Under the pieces are notes generated by a model. That model did not search any database, had not been told where the DNA came from, and saw nothing but the letters and a program-made list of their open reading frames with translations. The position numbers and the translations under genes were made by a program. From assembly GCA_012515515.1 (NCBI GenBank), contig JAAYYE010000009.1, positions 35,818-99,817 of the forward strand: a stretch of 64,000 nucleotides of DNA, in the 5' to 3' direction. This DNA is from Minisyncoccota bacterium. GTDB taxonomy: Bacteria > Patescibacteriota > Microgenomatia > UBA1400 > PJMF01. Of the stretch, positions 9,244 through 19,293 are shown one piece after another (within the stretch, counting starts at the first letter, position 1; the number at the start of each line of letters is the position of its first letter).

Positions 9244-10065
9244 ATGACAGATATCAAAAAAATTCCCGCCAGTCATTTACAAGCTAACCCTTTTCAACCT
9301 AGAGAAAAAGTCAAAAAAGAAGATTTAATGGATTTAATTGAATCAATTCGCATTCATGGTGTCCTAGAACCTCTAGTGGTAGCAGAAACTCCAGCTGGTT
9401 ATCAAATTATCGCTGGTGAAAGACGCTGGCGAGCAGCCAAGGTCTTGGGCATTGAAGAATTACCAGTTTACGTGAAAAAAACTAGCCCCCAAGGTATGTT
9501 AGAAATGGCCATTGTGGAGAATGTGCAGCGCACTGATCTAAATCCTATTGAGAGAGCCCAATCATTTGCTAGATTAAGTCGAGAATTTGGCTTATCCATT
9601 GGTGAGATGGCTCAAAGAATTGGCAAATCTTCTTCATATATTAGCAATACTATTAGGTTGTTAGATTTGCCAGATGCTATTAATGATGGCTTGTTAAGTC
9701 AGCAAATCACTGAGGGTCATGCTCGCTCTTTAGTGAGTTTAAAAAATCCAGCCCTAATGATTGCTTGTTACAAGCAAGTCTTAAAGGAAAATGCTTCAGT
9801 CAGAAGAACAGAAGAATTAGTCAGACGAATTAAAGCTGGTCAAGATCAAGCCACACAAAAATATGACGATGGCCGAGGGCGTCCTTTAGCTCAAGATGAA
9901 GAGCAAGTGGCTCGTTGGGAAGACAAATTGCAACATTATTTTAAAAACAACACCACTCTGAAAGTGGTACGTTCAAGAAAACAGACTAAAGTTACCATTA
10001 CCCTCAAGGGCTCGCCAGATAAAACTCAACTTGATCTGGAAAAACTCATGAATATCGCTAAATAG
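9244..10065 (+). CDS. parB: ParB/Spo0J chromosome partitioning protein
   Basis: NPFQPR, IIAGERRWRA, ENVQRTDLNPIE, helix-turn-helix, GHAR. Confidence 0.95.
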   Translation: MTDIKKIPASHLQANPFQPREKVKKEDLMDLIESIRIHGVLEPLVVAETPAGYQIIAGERRWRAAKVLGIEELPVYVKKTSPQGMLEMAIVENVQRTDLNPIERAQSFARLSREFGLSIGEMAQRIGKSSSYISNTIRLLDLPDAINDGLLSQQITEGHARSLVSLKNPALMIACYKQVLKENASVRRTEELVRRIKAGQDQATQKYDDGRGRPLAQDEEQVARWEDKLQHYFKNNTTLKVVRSRKQTKVTITLKGSPDKTQLDLEKLMNIAK

Positions 10066-10083
10066 CGACTTGAGCCTAAGCGA

Positions 10084-11841
10084 CTAATCTACATGTGGAG
10101 CAATATTAAACAAGAGCATGAGTTTGTCAGCAACTCGATACCAAAGAGGAGCAGCTGTCTCAGCAGACCAAGGACTTGATTTAGGATTTTCTAATTTTAT
10201 CAACATCGTAAACTGAGGATTCTCCGCAGGTGCAAAACCAATAAAACTAGCAATTGTTTCATCACTTTTATATCCACCTTGGGGATCAGGGACTTGAGAA
10301 GTGCCGGTTTTGGCAGCCACAGTGTAGCGCTTAGAAGCAATCCATTGAGCTTCACCATGGGCAGCGGCAGCCACCATCATTTCGCTGACTAATGCGGCTG
10401 TTTCTTGACTAATAACTTGTTGAGCTTTTTTTTGCTCAACCGATATTTCTTCAGCTAGTTGATGATCATAAACTTTCTCAATAATCATTGGTTCGAGTAG
10501 TTTGCCTTTATTGGCAATGGCATTAATAGCTCGGATGAGTTGTAAGCTATTAGTGCTAATACCCTGACCAAAACTAATGGTGGCCAGTTCAACTGGGCCA
10601 ATTTTTTGTGGAAAGTAAGTGCTACTGTCATCTTGCAAATCTAGTTTTAAACTCTGACCAATACCAAATTTTTTTAAATATTCAGCAAATCTTTCTTGCC
10701 CCAACATTTCTGCCACAAAAATCATGGCAACATTGTCAGACTTTTCTAAGGCCTCAGTCATCGTGATATTGGGATGATAGACGTCATTCCAGGTTCTAAT
10801 CGTATAATTGCCAAACTGTCTAGGACTAGCGCAACGAGTACAGACGGTGTTGGGATTGATGAGCTTGGCATCAATGGCACTAGAAACAGTTAAAACTTTA
10901 AAAGTTGATCCTGGTTCATAAAGCCGTGTTAAACTTGGGTTTTTGAGGATTTCGGCTGGATATTTATAATATTGCCACTGTTGATAGTTTGGCCAAGTGG
11001 CAAGAGCTAGAATTTTGCCAGTTTGACTATCGAGAATAATAATTTCTCCTCGATCAGCAGCATATTGTTCAATCCCCCAGGCTAAATTAGTTTCAGCGAT
11101 ATGTTGTATGTCTCGACGAATAGTTAAGGTTACATCGCGGCCATTAAGATTTTTTAATTGATAATTAGAACCTGCCAGCAAAGCACCAAAAGCGTCGGTA
11201 CGAAACCAACCACTTTCTTTTCTGGCTTTTAATTCATCTTCGAGAGCTCCTTCGATACCATAACGACCAATTTCTTGGCCATCTTCATCACGGCCAACAA
11301 AACCAGTGATGTGAGCAGCCATGGACGCTTCTGGATAAAAACGAGCTGAACTACTATCAAAAGCTAAATGAGGATTATTCAGAGCTAAAATTTCTTCTTT
11401 GGCTTTTAAGCTGAGTTGACTGGCTAGCTGCGGCCAGTTTGCTTGGCTGGAAAATTTATTGATCAAATTACTTTCAATTTGCTGTTGCACGAGCAAGCGA
11501 CTGGCACTATCTGTAGCATCTTGGAATTGCCAATTTTCTGGCGCAATAATACTGGCTAATTGTTGGCTTAATTGCTCAACATCGCCTGTAAAATTTTGTC
11601 GATCGAGTTTTAAATCAAAGACTTCTTGATTGCCGACTAAAAGATAACCATCGCTGGTAAAAATTTGGCCCCGCAAGCCCTCATGGCTTTTGTTACGAAT
11701 TGCCTGTTTTTCGCTCAGATTTCTTAATTCATCACCACGTATCACTTGCCAATAAAACAGCCTAACTATAATCAAGATGACTGCCAAGGCAATAAAGCTT
11801 AAAAATACTTTCTTTCTGGAAAAACTAAATTCTTCAGCCAT
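10084..11841 (-). CDS. ftsI: Class B penicillin-binding protein (FtsI-like transpeptidase)
   Basis: N-terminal TM helix; active-site motifs EPGSTFK, SDN and KTGT; follows mraZ-rsmH-ftsL. Confidence 0.88.
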   Translation of the reverse strand: MAEEFSFSRKKVFLSFIALAVILIIVRLFYWQVIRGDELRNLSEKQAIRNKSHEGLRGQIFTSDGYLLVGNQEVFDLKLDRQNFTGDVEQLSQQLASIIAPENWQFQDATDSASRLLVQQQIESNLINKFSSQANWPQLASQLSLKAKEEILALNNPHLAFDSSSARFYPEASMAAHITGFVGRDEDGQEIGRYGIEGALEDELKARKESGWFRTDAFGALLAGSNYQLKNLNGRDVTLTIRRDIQHIAETNLAWGIEQYAADRGEIIILDSQTGKILALATWPNYQQWQYYKYPAEILKNPSLTRLYEPGSTFKVLTVSSAIDAKLINPNTVCTRCASPRQFGNYTIRTWNDVYHPNITMTEALEKSDNVAMIFVAEMLGQERFAEYLKKFGIGQSLKLDLQDDSSTYFPQKIGPVELATISFGQGISTNSLQLIRAINAIANKGKLLEPMIIEKVYDHQLAEEISVEQKKAQQVISQETAALVSEMMVAAAAHGEAQWIASKRYTVAAKTGTSQVPDPQGGYKSDETIASFIGFAPAENPQFTMLIKLENPKSSPWSAETAAPLWYRVADKLMLLFNIAPHVD

Positions 11842-11848
11842 GATTTGT

Positions 11849-12127
11849 TTAGCGCAGTGCTAGCGCATTGTCTTTTACTTTGAGCACAAGGTAATTAGTG
11901 GTATCTTCAAAGCTTGGATCATCGGCTAATTGTTGAATGGATATTTCTTGAGCAATAGCTTGATTTAGCACACTCTCTTGAGATATTAAACTGGCTTCTT
12001 CTTTCTTCAGTAATTCAATTTGTTGGCCATAAGCAATATTTTTGGTTAAGGTGGCCACGGTGCTAACTAATTGTATTAAAACAAGCAGGAAGATGATTTT
12101 GTAGTAAGTTTGTAATTTTTTGTTCAT
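11849..12127 (-). CDS. FtsL-like bitopic coiled-coil protein
   Basis: One TM segment plus coiled coil, in the ftsL position between rsmH and the PBP. Confidence 0.6.
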   Translation of the reverse strand: MNKKLQTYYKIIFLLVLIQLVSTVATLTKNIAYGQQIELLKKEEASLISQESVLNQAIAQEISIQQLADDPSFEDTTNYLVLKVKDNALALR

Positions 12128-12153
12128 ACTTTCCTTCTTTCTTTTTTCAGCAA

Positions 12154-13071
12154 CTAGATGGCTAAAGCGCGCAATTTGGCACTTCTAGCTCGCGGGTTGT
12201 GACTTAGTTCTTGATCAGAAGCCGTCAGGGCTTTTTTACTTAATAATTTGGCAAAATTTTGTTCACTTTGTTTTTTAAAGAAGTGTTTGACTAGTCGATC
12301 TTCTCCCTCATGAAAGGAGATACAAACCAGCCTTTTATCTAAGGCGCTACTATTTTTTAATAAATGAAAAGCCGCTGGCAGCGCCAACTCAATGTTGTGT
12401 AATTCATCATTAACAGCGATGCGTAAAGCCTGCAGGGTTTTGGTCGCTGGATGTAATTTTCCAGATTTAGATTTTTTAACCTGCTCGATGATCTTTAATA
12501 AAGTGGCACTGTATTGCAGACTTTGGGGATTTTCTTTCTTAATTCTGTTGACGGCTTTGGCTATTTGTCGAGCTTGAGTTTCTCCCCCATATTCCATCAA
12601 TAGATGAGCAAGCTGTTTTTCACTGAGTACAATTAATAGATCACCAGCTTTAACGCCCAAATCTTGATCCATCCGCATATCTAGCAGCTCATCTGCTTGA
12701 GCATTAAAACTAAATCCTCGCTCACTTGACATTAATTGCTCGGTCGAGGTGCCAAAGTCAAAAAGGACGCCAGCCAATTGAATGTCGAGAGTTTTACTTA
12801 AATTATTAATGATTTCACTGAGATTTTTAAAATTATCCTTAATTAAAATCAATTGTTTTTTAGCAATTGCTTCGCGAAACTGTTCTTGACCAAAATCAAT
12901 GGCTTCTTGATCAAAATCTAAAGCAATGACTAAGCCGCCTCGATCTAAAATGGCTTGGGTGTGGCCTCCCCGACCAAAAGTAGCATCGAGGTAATATTGA
13001 CCCTCTTTTGGGGCCAAAAAATCAAGGGTTTCTTCAAGCAAAACTGGTCGATGTTCTTTACTCAGCGACAT
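12154..13071 (-). CDS. rsmH: 16S rRNA m4C1402 methyltransferase RsmH
   Basis: HRPVLL, DATFGRGGH, LDMRMD, ISFHEGEDR, NPRARSAKLR. Confidence 0.96.
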   Translation of the reverse strand: MSLSKEHRPVLLEETLDFLAPKEGQYYLDATFGRGGHTQAILDRGGLVIALDFDQEAIDFGQEQFREAIAKKQLILIKDNFKNLSEIINNLSKTLDIQLAGVLFDFGTSTEQLMSSERGFSFNAQADELLDMRMDQDLGVKAGDLLIVLSEKQLAHLLMEYGGETQARQIAKAVNRIKKENPQSLQYSATLLKIIEQVKKSKSGKLHPATKTLQALRIAVNDELHNIELALPAAFHLLKNSSALDKRLVCISFHEGEDRLVKHFFKKQSEQNFAKLLSKKALTASDQELSHNPRARSAKLRALAI

Positions 13072-13483
13072 AAGCTTGTTCAGCAATGCTTTCTGCTTTA
13101 CTTTCTAATTGATCTAGATAGCGGTGATAACGCTCTTGATCCCAGATCTCTAGACGATTGAGACTACCAACAATCACTAAGGATTTTTTGAGTTGGGCAA
13201 ATTCGATCAAATAATTGGGCAGTTTTATTCGACCGGTACTGTCGGGAGTTAACTCGCTTGCCTCATTGGTCATTAATCTCACCAAGTCTCGATTGGCTTT
13301 TTTTGTTAAGCCAACTTGATTGATTTTTTCCAATTCATTGCTGAAATTTTCTTTTTTTAAGAGGAATAAGCAACCATCTAGTCCTCTGGTAATTATCCAG
13401 GATTGACTAGTATTGCGAAATTTTTTGGGCAAAGAAATCCGTCCATTGCCCTCTAGATTATGATAATACTTGCCAATGAGCAT
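13058..13483 (-). CDS. mraZ: Transcriptional regulator MraZ
   Basis: GRISLPKKFR, RGLDGCL, DSTGRIKLP, EIWD; start moved to ATG 13483. Confidence 0.95.
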   Translation of the reverse strand: MLIGKYYHNLEGNGRISLPKKFRNTSQSWIITRGLDGCLFLLKKENFSNELEKINQVGLTKKANRDLVRLMTNEASELTPDSTGRIKLPNYLIEFAQLKKSLVIVGSLNRLEIWDQERYHRYLDQLESKAESIAEQAYVAE

Positions 13484-13497
13484 TATTATGAGCCTAT

Positions 13498-13523
13498 TTA
13501 CCAATTCCTACCATATTTAACTA
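13498..13523 (-). promoter_or_regulatory. Putative MraZ operator (three repeats with 10-bp period)
   Basis: Minus strand reads TAGTTA-N4-TGGTAG-N4-TGGTAA just upstream of mraZ. Confidence 0.55.
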
Positions 13524-13579
13524 TATAGACATTTTTTTAACTTGTAAAGAGTAAAAAGAGAAATTAGTGTCTAAATACC

Positions 13580-13604
13580 AAAAACAGGCACAAACTGGCC
13601 TGTT
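13580..13604 (-). terminator. Intrinsic terminator downstream of the glyQS/hypothetical gene pair
   Basis: Minus strand reads AACAGGC-8 nt loop-GCCTGTT then T residues. Confidence 0.6.
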
Positions 13605-13686
13605 CTCATCAACAAATGAAAGATAAAGGAATAGCAATACTAAAGGAGAAAAAAATAGAAAAACTAATGGCTAAAAATAAGCCAGT

Positions 13687-14520
13687 TTATTTTTTAATTA
13701 GGACGTAGGCATCCATCAAGGCGCTACTAGCAGTGGCCAGACCATCGCTCTGTAAAGTCTCTATTTCTTGCCAATCATTACCGTCGTAGCCTAAAATTTG
13801 GGCTTGTTCTTCCTTGGATGAAAAAGTCACTGTAAATTCTGAACTCAATGTTTTTAGGCTTTTTTCCGCACTCAGACTGTAAATGTCGCTAATCAACTCG
13901 CCTTCTATTTCACCAGGATAGCCGGGGTTATTGAAAATAATCAAGTATGAGTAAGCGCTCAAACTGTCATTGGCAATAGTAAACTTGGTGTCTTGAGATT
14001 GAAACTCGCTTTCTCGCTTATTGTTGGTGAAATAACGCCAGTTACTTTTGACCGCATAATCTTCAGGGCCCATAAATTCTGCTAAAAAGCTACCACCCTT
14101 AATATCTTCGTGGTAAGTAATTGCTCCGCCAGCTGATTGAGAACCAAAGAGTTTTTTATCGCTAATTGGTAATTGATCTAGCTTGAGCATGCCTTGAAAA
14201 CCCTGTAGCATCGATCCGGTTTGATATTCCATCTCGTAATTTAAGCTAGTAGCTGGCTTTTTTAATTCAAGAACTGAGATGGTAATATGGTGGCCATCAG
14301 CATTTGGCGAGAGCTGCATGTAGGGTCGCTCGCTAACGGGAATAATATTCACTTTTGGAGAAATTTTTTGTTTAACATTATCGGGAGTATCTTGCTCTTT
14401 ATTTTGCTTGTTTTTAATATAAAAAAAGCTGCCTCCAGCAATTAAAAGCAGGACAGCAATTACAATAAAAATAATTTTTTTCTTTTTTGTCATGTTTTTC
14501 ATAATTGTCATATTTTTCAT
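13687..14520 (-). CDS. Hypothetical membrane-anchored extracytoplasmic protein
   Basis: Lys-rich N-terminus, one TM helix, then a soluble domain with no recognised family. Confidence 0.8.
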   Translation of the reverse strand: MKNMTIMKNMTKKKKIIFIVIAVLLLIAGGSFFYIKNKQNKEQDTPDNVKQKISPKVNIIPVSERPYMQLSPNADGHHITISVLELKKPATSLNYEMEYQTGSMLQGFQGMLKLDQLPISDKKLFGSQSAGGAITYHEDIKGGSFLAEFMGPEDYAVKSNWRYFTNNKRESEFQSQDTKFTIANDSLSAYSYLIIFNNPGYPGEIEGELISDIYSLSAEKSLKTLSSEFTVTFSSKEEQAQILGYDGNDWQEIETLQSDGLATASSALMDAYVLIKK

Positions 14521-14523
14521 AGT

Positions 14524-15927
14524 TTAGGCTAACATAGATGCTAAATAATTATCAAGTTCGCTGATAGCTAATCGCTCCTGCTGGGCAGAATCACGATGGC
14601 GAATGGTGACGGTGTCGTTTTCTAAAGTTGTAAAGTCGATGGTTAAGCAAAAAGGCGTGCCAATTTCATCTTGAGCTAAATATCTTTTACCAATGTTGCC
14701 TCGATCATCCCAAGCAACTTGATATTTTTGCCGTAATTGCTGATAAACATCTCTAGCTTTATCAACTAGTTCCTGTTTATTTTTAAGCAAAGGAAAGACG
14801 GCTAGCTGAAAAGGAGCTAGATTGGTTTTGAGAGCGAGTAGTAGGCGTTCTCGATCAGGATCTTTTTGATAAGCATCACAGAGTAACATTAAGAATATGC
14901 GACTAATACCCATTGCCGGCTCAATCACGTGTGGTAAAAACTTCTTCCCCGTTTGTGGATCGGTATATTCTAAAGATTGTTGAGAAAATTCTTGATGCTT
15001 TTTCAGATCATAATCTGTTCGATAAGCAATCCCACACAGCTCTTTCCAGCCAAAAGGATAATGATATTCTAGATCAGAAGTTTCTTGACTATAATGACTG
15101 CGCTCCTGATCAGTATGACGACGCCAACGCAAATTATTTTCATCAATGCCCAAAACTTTAGTCACAAAATCCCAGACATAATTTTGCCAATCTCTAAATA
15201 AATCTTGCCAATTATTTTGTTCTGGATCAAAGAAGTATTCAATTTCGGCTTGTTCAAATTCAAGAGTGCGGAAGACAAATTGACCAGTAGTAATTTCATT
15301 ACGGAAACTTTTACCAATTTGCCCCACCCCAAAGGGAAGTTTTTGGCGATTACTATTGAGGATTTGCTTAAAATTAGTAAAAATACCTTGAGCGGTTTCG
15401 CCTCGCAAATAAACTCGGCTTTTTTTATCACTGACTGCCCCAATCGCTGTTTCAAATAAAATATTAAAATCTTGAGCTTTAGATAAGGGATTACCATCAG
15501 GAGATTTAATTTGGTATTTATCAATTAAATCAGCCAGTTCCTTGGTAGAAAGATCAGCGATCACTAGCTGTTCTTGGGGATTTTTTTTAAAATAGTCTTC
15601 AATTAATAAATCAGCACGATAGCGTTTGTGAGTGACTAAGTCTTCAACCAGAGGGTCGGTGAAAGAATCAACATGACCAGAAGCCACCCAGGTTTGCGGA
15701 TGAAGCATGATTTGACTATCCAGACCAAGCATGTCATCTCGACGACGAATAAAATAATCCCACCACAAGTTTTTAATAGTTAATAATAATTCTGTGCCAA
15801 GTGGTCCGTAATCATAAGAGTTGGCTAAACCACCATAAATTTCACCAGTTTGATAAACAAAACCGCGCCTTTTAGCCAAAGCAGTTATTTCTTCGAGTGA
15901 TACTGGTTGAGTTTGATTTCTTGTCAT
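14524..15927 (-). CDS. glyQS: Glycine--tRNA ligase (alpha2, eukaryote/archaea-like type)
   Basis: LRGETAQGIF, GKSFRNEI, FRTLEFEQAE, IGKRY..QDEIGTPFC. Confidence 0.96.
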   Translation of the reverse strand: MTRNQTQPVSLEEITALAKRRGFVYQTGEIYGGLANSYDYGPLGTELLLTIKNLWWDYFIRRRDDMLGLDSQIMLHPQTWVASGHVDSFTDPLVEDLVTHKRYRADLLIEDYFKKNPQEQLVIADLSTKELADLIDKYQIKSPDGNPLSKAQDFNILFETAIGAVSDKKSRVYLRGETAQGIFTNFKQILNSNRQKLPFGVGQIGKSFRNEITTGQFVFRTLEFEQAEIEYFFDPEQNNWQDLFRDWQNYVWDFVTKVLGIDENNLRWRRHTDQERSHYSQETSDLEYHYPFGWKELCGIAYRTDYDLKKHQEFSQQSLEYTDPQTGKKFLPHVIEPAMGISRIFLMLLCDAYQKDPDRERLLLALKTNLAPFQLAVFPLLKNKQELVDKARDVYQQLRQKYQVAWDDRGNIGKRYLAQDEIGTPFCLTIDFTTLENDTVTIRHRDSAQQERLAISELDNYLASMLA

Positions 15928-15988
15928 GTTCTTTGTTTCCAGACAAATTATATTATAAGTAATGGCGAAAAACTAGCTTGATCGAGTA

Positions 15989-16555
15989 TTAACTTGAGTG
16001 AAAGGAATTTAAAAAATCAAAACTTTTCATTTTCTGCTCACTAATTTCTGCCACATAATCTTGAATACTCTGATGCTTGGTGTCCTTAATATCCTGATAA
16101 CCCAAGCTAATTAAGAGCTGATTTAAAAGTTTTTTAATCTTGCCAGCTTGATTGGTGTCACTCAAGACTAATTTTTCAATTTCTTTGGCTAAGGTAAAAC
16201 TGCCCTCATCAATAAATTCTTCAACATATAAACGATCAAAAATTTCTAAAATTTGTTGAATATGGCTGATTTTTTTCAAGGCTTGTTGTTGAGGAAGATT
16301 TTGATAAACGCAGCTGGTGTCAAAGAGCAAGCGGGTTTGGGTGAGCAAAGGCAGACCTCGAGTTTCAATACAGAAAGCTTGAATTAAATTGCCAGGTTCT
16401 AAATTGGCTCGATTGGATGAATTTAGGCGGCGCGCGCCTTTTGCCAGCACCACCAATTTGCCGCGACTCTGGGTAAGGAGAGTCAACAAGCGGTCGGTTT
16501 CGCCGATAGCGCGCCGCTTGAGCACAATGGCTTGAGTAGAAAAAGATCGCGACAT
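15989..16555 (-). CDS. recO: DNA repair protein RecO (short form)
   Basis: N-terminal OB fold AIVLKRRAIGETDRLLTLLT..GKL..LAKGARR. Confidence 0.88.
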   Translation of the reverse strand: MSRSFSTQAIVLKRRAIGETDRLLTLLTQSRGKLVVLAKGARRLNSSNRANLEPGNLIQAFCIETRGLPLLTQTRLLFDTSCVYQNLPQQQALKKISHIQQILEIFDRLYVEEFIDEGSFTLAKEIEKLVLSDTNQAGKIKKLLNQLLISLGYQDIKDTKHQSIQDYVAEISEQKMKSFDFLNSFHSS

Positions 16556-16557
16556 GA

Positions 16558-18615
16558 TTAAAAGACTGTTGAATAGCTGAGGTCTTGATCCATTAACAGT
16601 TCTTCTTCTCCGCCAGTGACGTCTATTAATACTGGTACTGGATCAATTCCTCCTTGTTTCCATAAGCGCAAATTGTAGTTTTCCTGATCTTGATAAGGCA
16701 CTTTATAAGTGAAGCGTATTCTGGCTAAGCCCAGTGGCTCTAATTTAAAGAAACCATCAACGACGGTGTAGCCCTCTTCTTCATAAACTTCTTCTTGATC
16801 TTCTAATCCCTGAATCTCGATCAACTCACTATTTGGTGGTAAATATAACCTGATCCAGTCATTAAGAGTGGCATTTAAACACAATTGCCCAGCTTCTAAA
16901 TTACAATTATCGGCTTTGGCGCTATTGCGGTAAGTGATCTCGACTGTATTAGTAATATAATTATTTTCAGGGGCGCTGACAGTAATTTTCAGATCGTGAT
17001 CAATGAAGAGATTAGATTTTGCTCCGCCTAAGTTAGTATTAACAATGGCTAAGAAGTCTTGATTTTGCCCAAATTGCCAATTTTTAAAATTATTGTCCAG
17101 TTGATAAAGTCGACCAGCGGCGCGGATTTTTTCCGCAGCTATTTGTGATTGCTCATCGACAAAATAAAGCTGTACGTGACGTGCTTTCATGCTATTAAGA
17201 GCAACATTAATTAGTTCAGGAAATCTACTTTTATCTAGTTCATAGGTTTTACTTAAAATACCGCTCATGAGAGGGCCTAAGACGCCTTTGCGATCTTCAC
17301 GCAAATAAGGGGTGGGTCGGGTAATAATTTCCGAAAGAGCATAAACTACTTGAGGACAGTCGCAGCGTTTATCTACTTCTGCACTAAAGGTGCCGTAACC
17401 AGCAACTTGAACTGGGCCGATGACTTCTAGCAACCAGGTTAAGAGTTGAGTGTCAACTGCGATGATGCCATCAATGTCGCTTGGTTCACTAGGAATGGTT
17501 TGATAGTTTTGATAAAAAGTTTCCATCGATTTTTTGAAATCTGGATAAATATTCATGTCGCGTAAATGCCAATAGCGCTCGGTGGTTAAATAACGACCCA
17601 ATTCTTTGGGAATAGCGGTGTTTTGGCGAAATTTGAGATCTAAATCGTAGATATCTCCAGATTTTTCTGGGATTACTTGGCCTTTATCAACTTTGACGAT
17701 GGAGTAAGCGGTTAAAAATCCACCGGTTGGTCGCAGCTCATTGTCATTTTGAAAAAGAATTAAATATTTTTGAGCTTCCTCTGCGCCAGCCATTTTAGCC
17801 AGTTCGCTCATGATGGGTCGATAGTCACTGAAAGTATGGACTACTTGGGTGATTTGCTCTTGGGCCTTAATAATTTCTTGGCGGACAGGCTGATCAGCGA
17901 TTTGTTCTGGATAACGACTAGCATCGATGCTTTGACTCACATCAGCAATTTCTTGGAGTCTTTCTTCAATGTTTTCAATAGTTGGCTGGATTTCTTCAAT
18001 GGTTTGTAAAATTAAGACAATACGATCTTGAGTGGTGCCACCTTCAAAACTGCCCTCGCCTGCAAAGCCAAGTAATTCACTATAAGGCAAAATATCTTCG
18101 ACTACTTGTTCAGCTAGATCAAGAGCTTTGTGGGCTAAAAGAAAAACAGTTTGCCCGTCAGCATAATAAGTTTTAACAAAAGGCAGATATTGATAGATGT
18201 TTAAAGATTGATATTCTTCGTCAAGGCTGTTGAGACTCTCTTGCAGCACTTGAACTTTTTCAGGTAATGCGGGTAGATTTTGACTTTTGAGCAAATCCAG
18301 GCTTTCCATGGCTTGAATTTTTGCTGAATTTGCCAAACTGATCATGTTTTTGGCACGCAAATAGCTGTAGGTCAATAAACTAACGAGCGCAATAAAGAGC
18401 AAGATTAAAAGAATTAATAAAATTTTTTGCCAAGTTTTTAAGCGTTTCTTTGGCTTTTTTGCAACTTCATCTGGCTTGATTTTTTCTGAATTCATAGCTT
18501 GTTTTTTATTTAAAAATTTTTGTTTTAGCGAATGAAAAAAAGACTCGCCCTCTGGGTTGGGCAATTCTTGCTGATCTTTATCAAATAATTGTTCAACACT
18601 AGTAAAATCTTGCAT
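16558..18615 (-). CDS. DUF4012 domain membrane-anchored protein
   Basis: One TM helix, a helical stalk, then YLILFQNDNELRPTGGF, RDMN.YPDF and DGIIAVD. Confidence 0.85.
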   Translation of the reverse strand: MQDFTSVEQLFDKDQQELPNPEGESFFHSLKQKFLNKKQAMNSEKIKPDEVAKKPKKRLKTWQKILLILLILLFIALVSLLTYSYLRAKNMISLANSAKIQAMESLDLLKSQNLPALPEKVQVLQESLNSLDEEYQSLNIYQYLPFVKTYYADGQTVFLLAHKALDLAEQVVEDILPYSELLGFAGEGSFEGGTTQDRIVLILQTIEEIQPTIENIEERLQEIADVSQSIDASRYPEQIADQPVRQEIIKAQEQITQVVHTFSDYRPIMSELAKMAGAEEAQKYLILFQNDNELRPTGGFLTAYSIVKVDKGQVIPEKSGDIYDLDLKFRQNTAIPKELGRYLTTERYWHLRDMNIYPDFKKSMETFYQNYQTIPSEPSDIDGIIAVDTQLLTWLLEVIGPVQVAGYGTFSAEVDKRCDCPQVVYALSEIITRPTPYLREDRKGVLGPLMSGILSKTYELDKSRFPELINVALNSMKARHVQLYFVDEQSQIAAEKIRAAGRLYQLDNNFKNWQFGQNQDFLAIVNTNLGGAKSNLFIDHDLKITVSAPENNYITNTVEITYRNSAKADNCNLEAGQLCLNATLNDWIRLYLPPNSELIEIQGLEDQEEVYEEEGYTVVDGFFKLEPLGLARIRFTYKVPYQDQENYNLRLWKQGGIDPVPVLIDVTGGEEELLMDQDLSYSTVF

Positions 18616-18633
18616 AGAAACTAGTATAGCAAA

Positions 18634-19260
18634 TTACCATTTAGAAATCATCGCTTTTGGTGTTTTAGCCAGAATAATTAAATCTTCTCGAATTGAGCGA
18701 TTCTTGGCGTAATTTGAGTCGATTAAGGCTCTTTTTTTGAATGGTATTTCATTGCGTCCGCTGGTTTGCCAGGGCCCAGTGATTCCTGGTTTCACCGAGA
18801 GAATATCTTTAATATATTTTTTGGTTTCTGGATATTTAACTGTCTGTTCTTGCAACTCCTTTTTGACGTAGGCTCGTGGACCAACAATACTCATTTCTCC
18901 GCGAAAAACATTAAAAATCTGGGGGAATTCATCAATGGTAAAGGCGCGCAAAAATCGGCCCAAGCGAGTAATTCGTGGATCGTCTTTAGCAGCAATTTTC
19001 CAATCATTCTTTTTAAACTTATCTAAGAGCTCATGATTTTTACTGTGTAAAATTTCGTCAGCATTTTGTACCATGCTGCGAAACTTATATAAATCAAATT
19101 CTTTGCCGCCCTTGCCCACGCGTCGATGTGAAAAAAATATGGGGAAGCCCGAATCTAACACAATTAAAATGGGCACCACTAGCCAGAACGGCAAAAAGAC
19201 AATGCTTAAAACTACGGCAACGGTTAAATCTAGTATGCGTTTTTTAGATTCGTATGTCAT
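18634..19260 (-). CDS. Initiating phosphoglycosyl transferase (Bac_transf, WcaJ/CpsE-like catalytic domain)
   Basis: KRILD, YKFRSM, DDPRIT, DEFPQ, GEMSIVGPR, KPGITG. Confidence 0.93.
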   Translation of the reverse strand: MTYESKKRILDLTVAVVLSIVFLPFWLVVPILIVLDSGFPIFFSHRRVGKGGKEFDLYKFRSMVQNADEILHSKNHELLDKFKKNDWKIAAKDDPRITRLGRFLRAFTIDEFPQIFNVFRGEMSIVGPRAYVKKELQEQTVKYPETKKYIKDILSVKPGITGPWQTSGRNEIPFKKRALIDSNYAKNRSIREDLIILAKTPKAMISKW

Positions 19261-19293
19261 AATTTTTTTAGCAATTAACAATATTGATAAATT

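Noticed and set aside
15928-15988. T-box upstream of glyQS (and of argS)
   Set aside because: The intergenic space is about 60 bp (22 bp for argS), with no UGGNACC motif or terminator.
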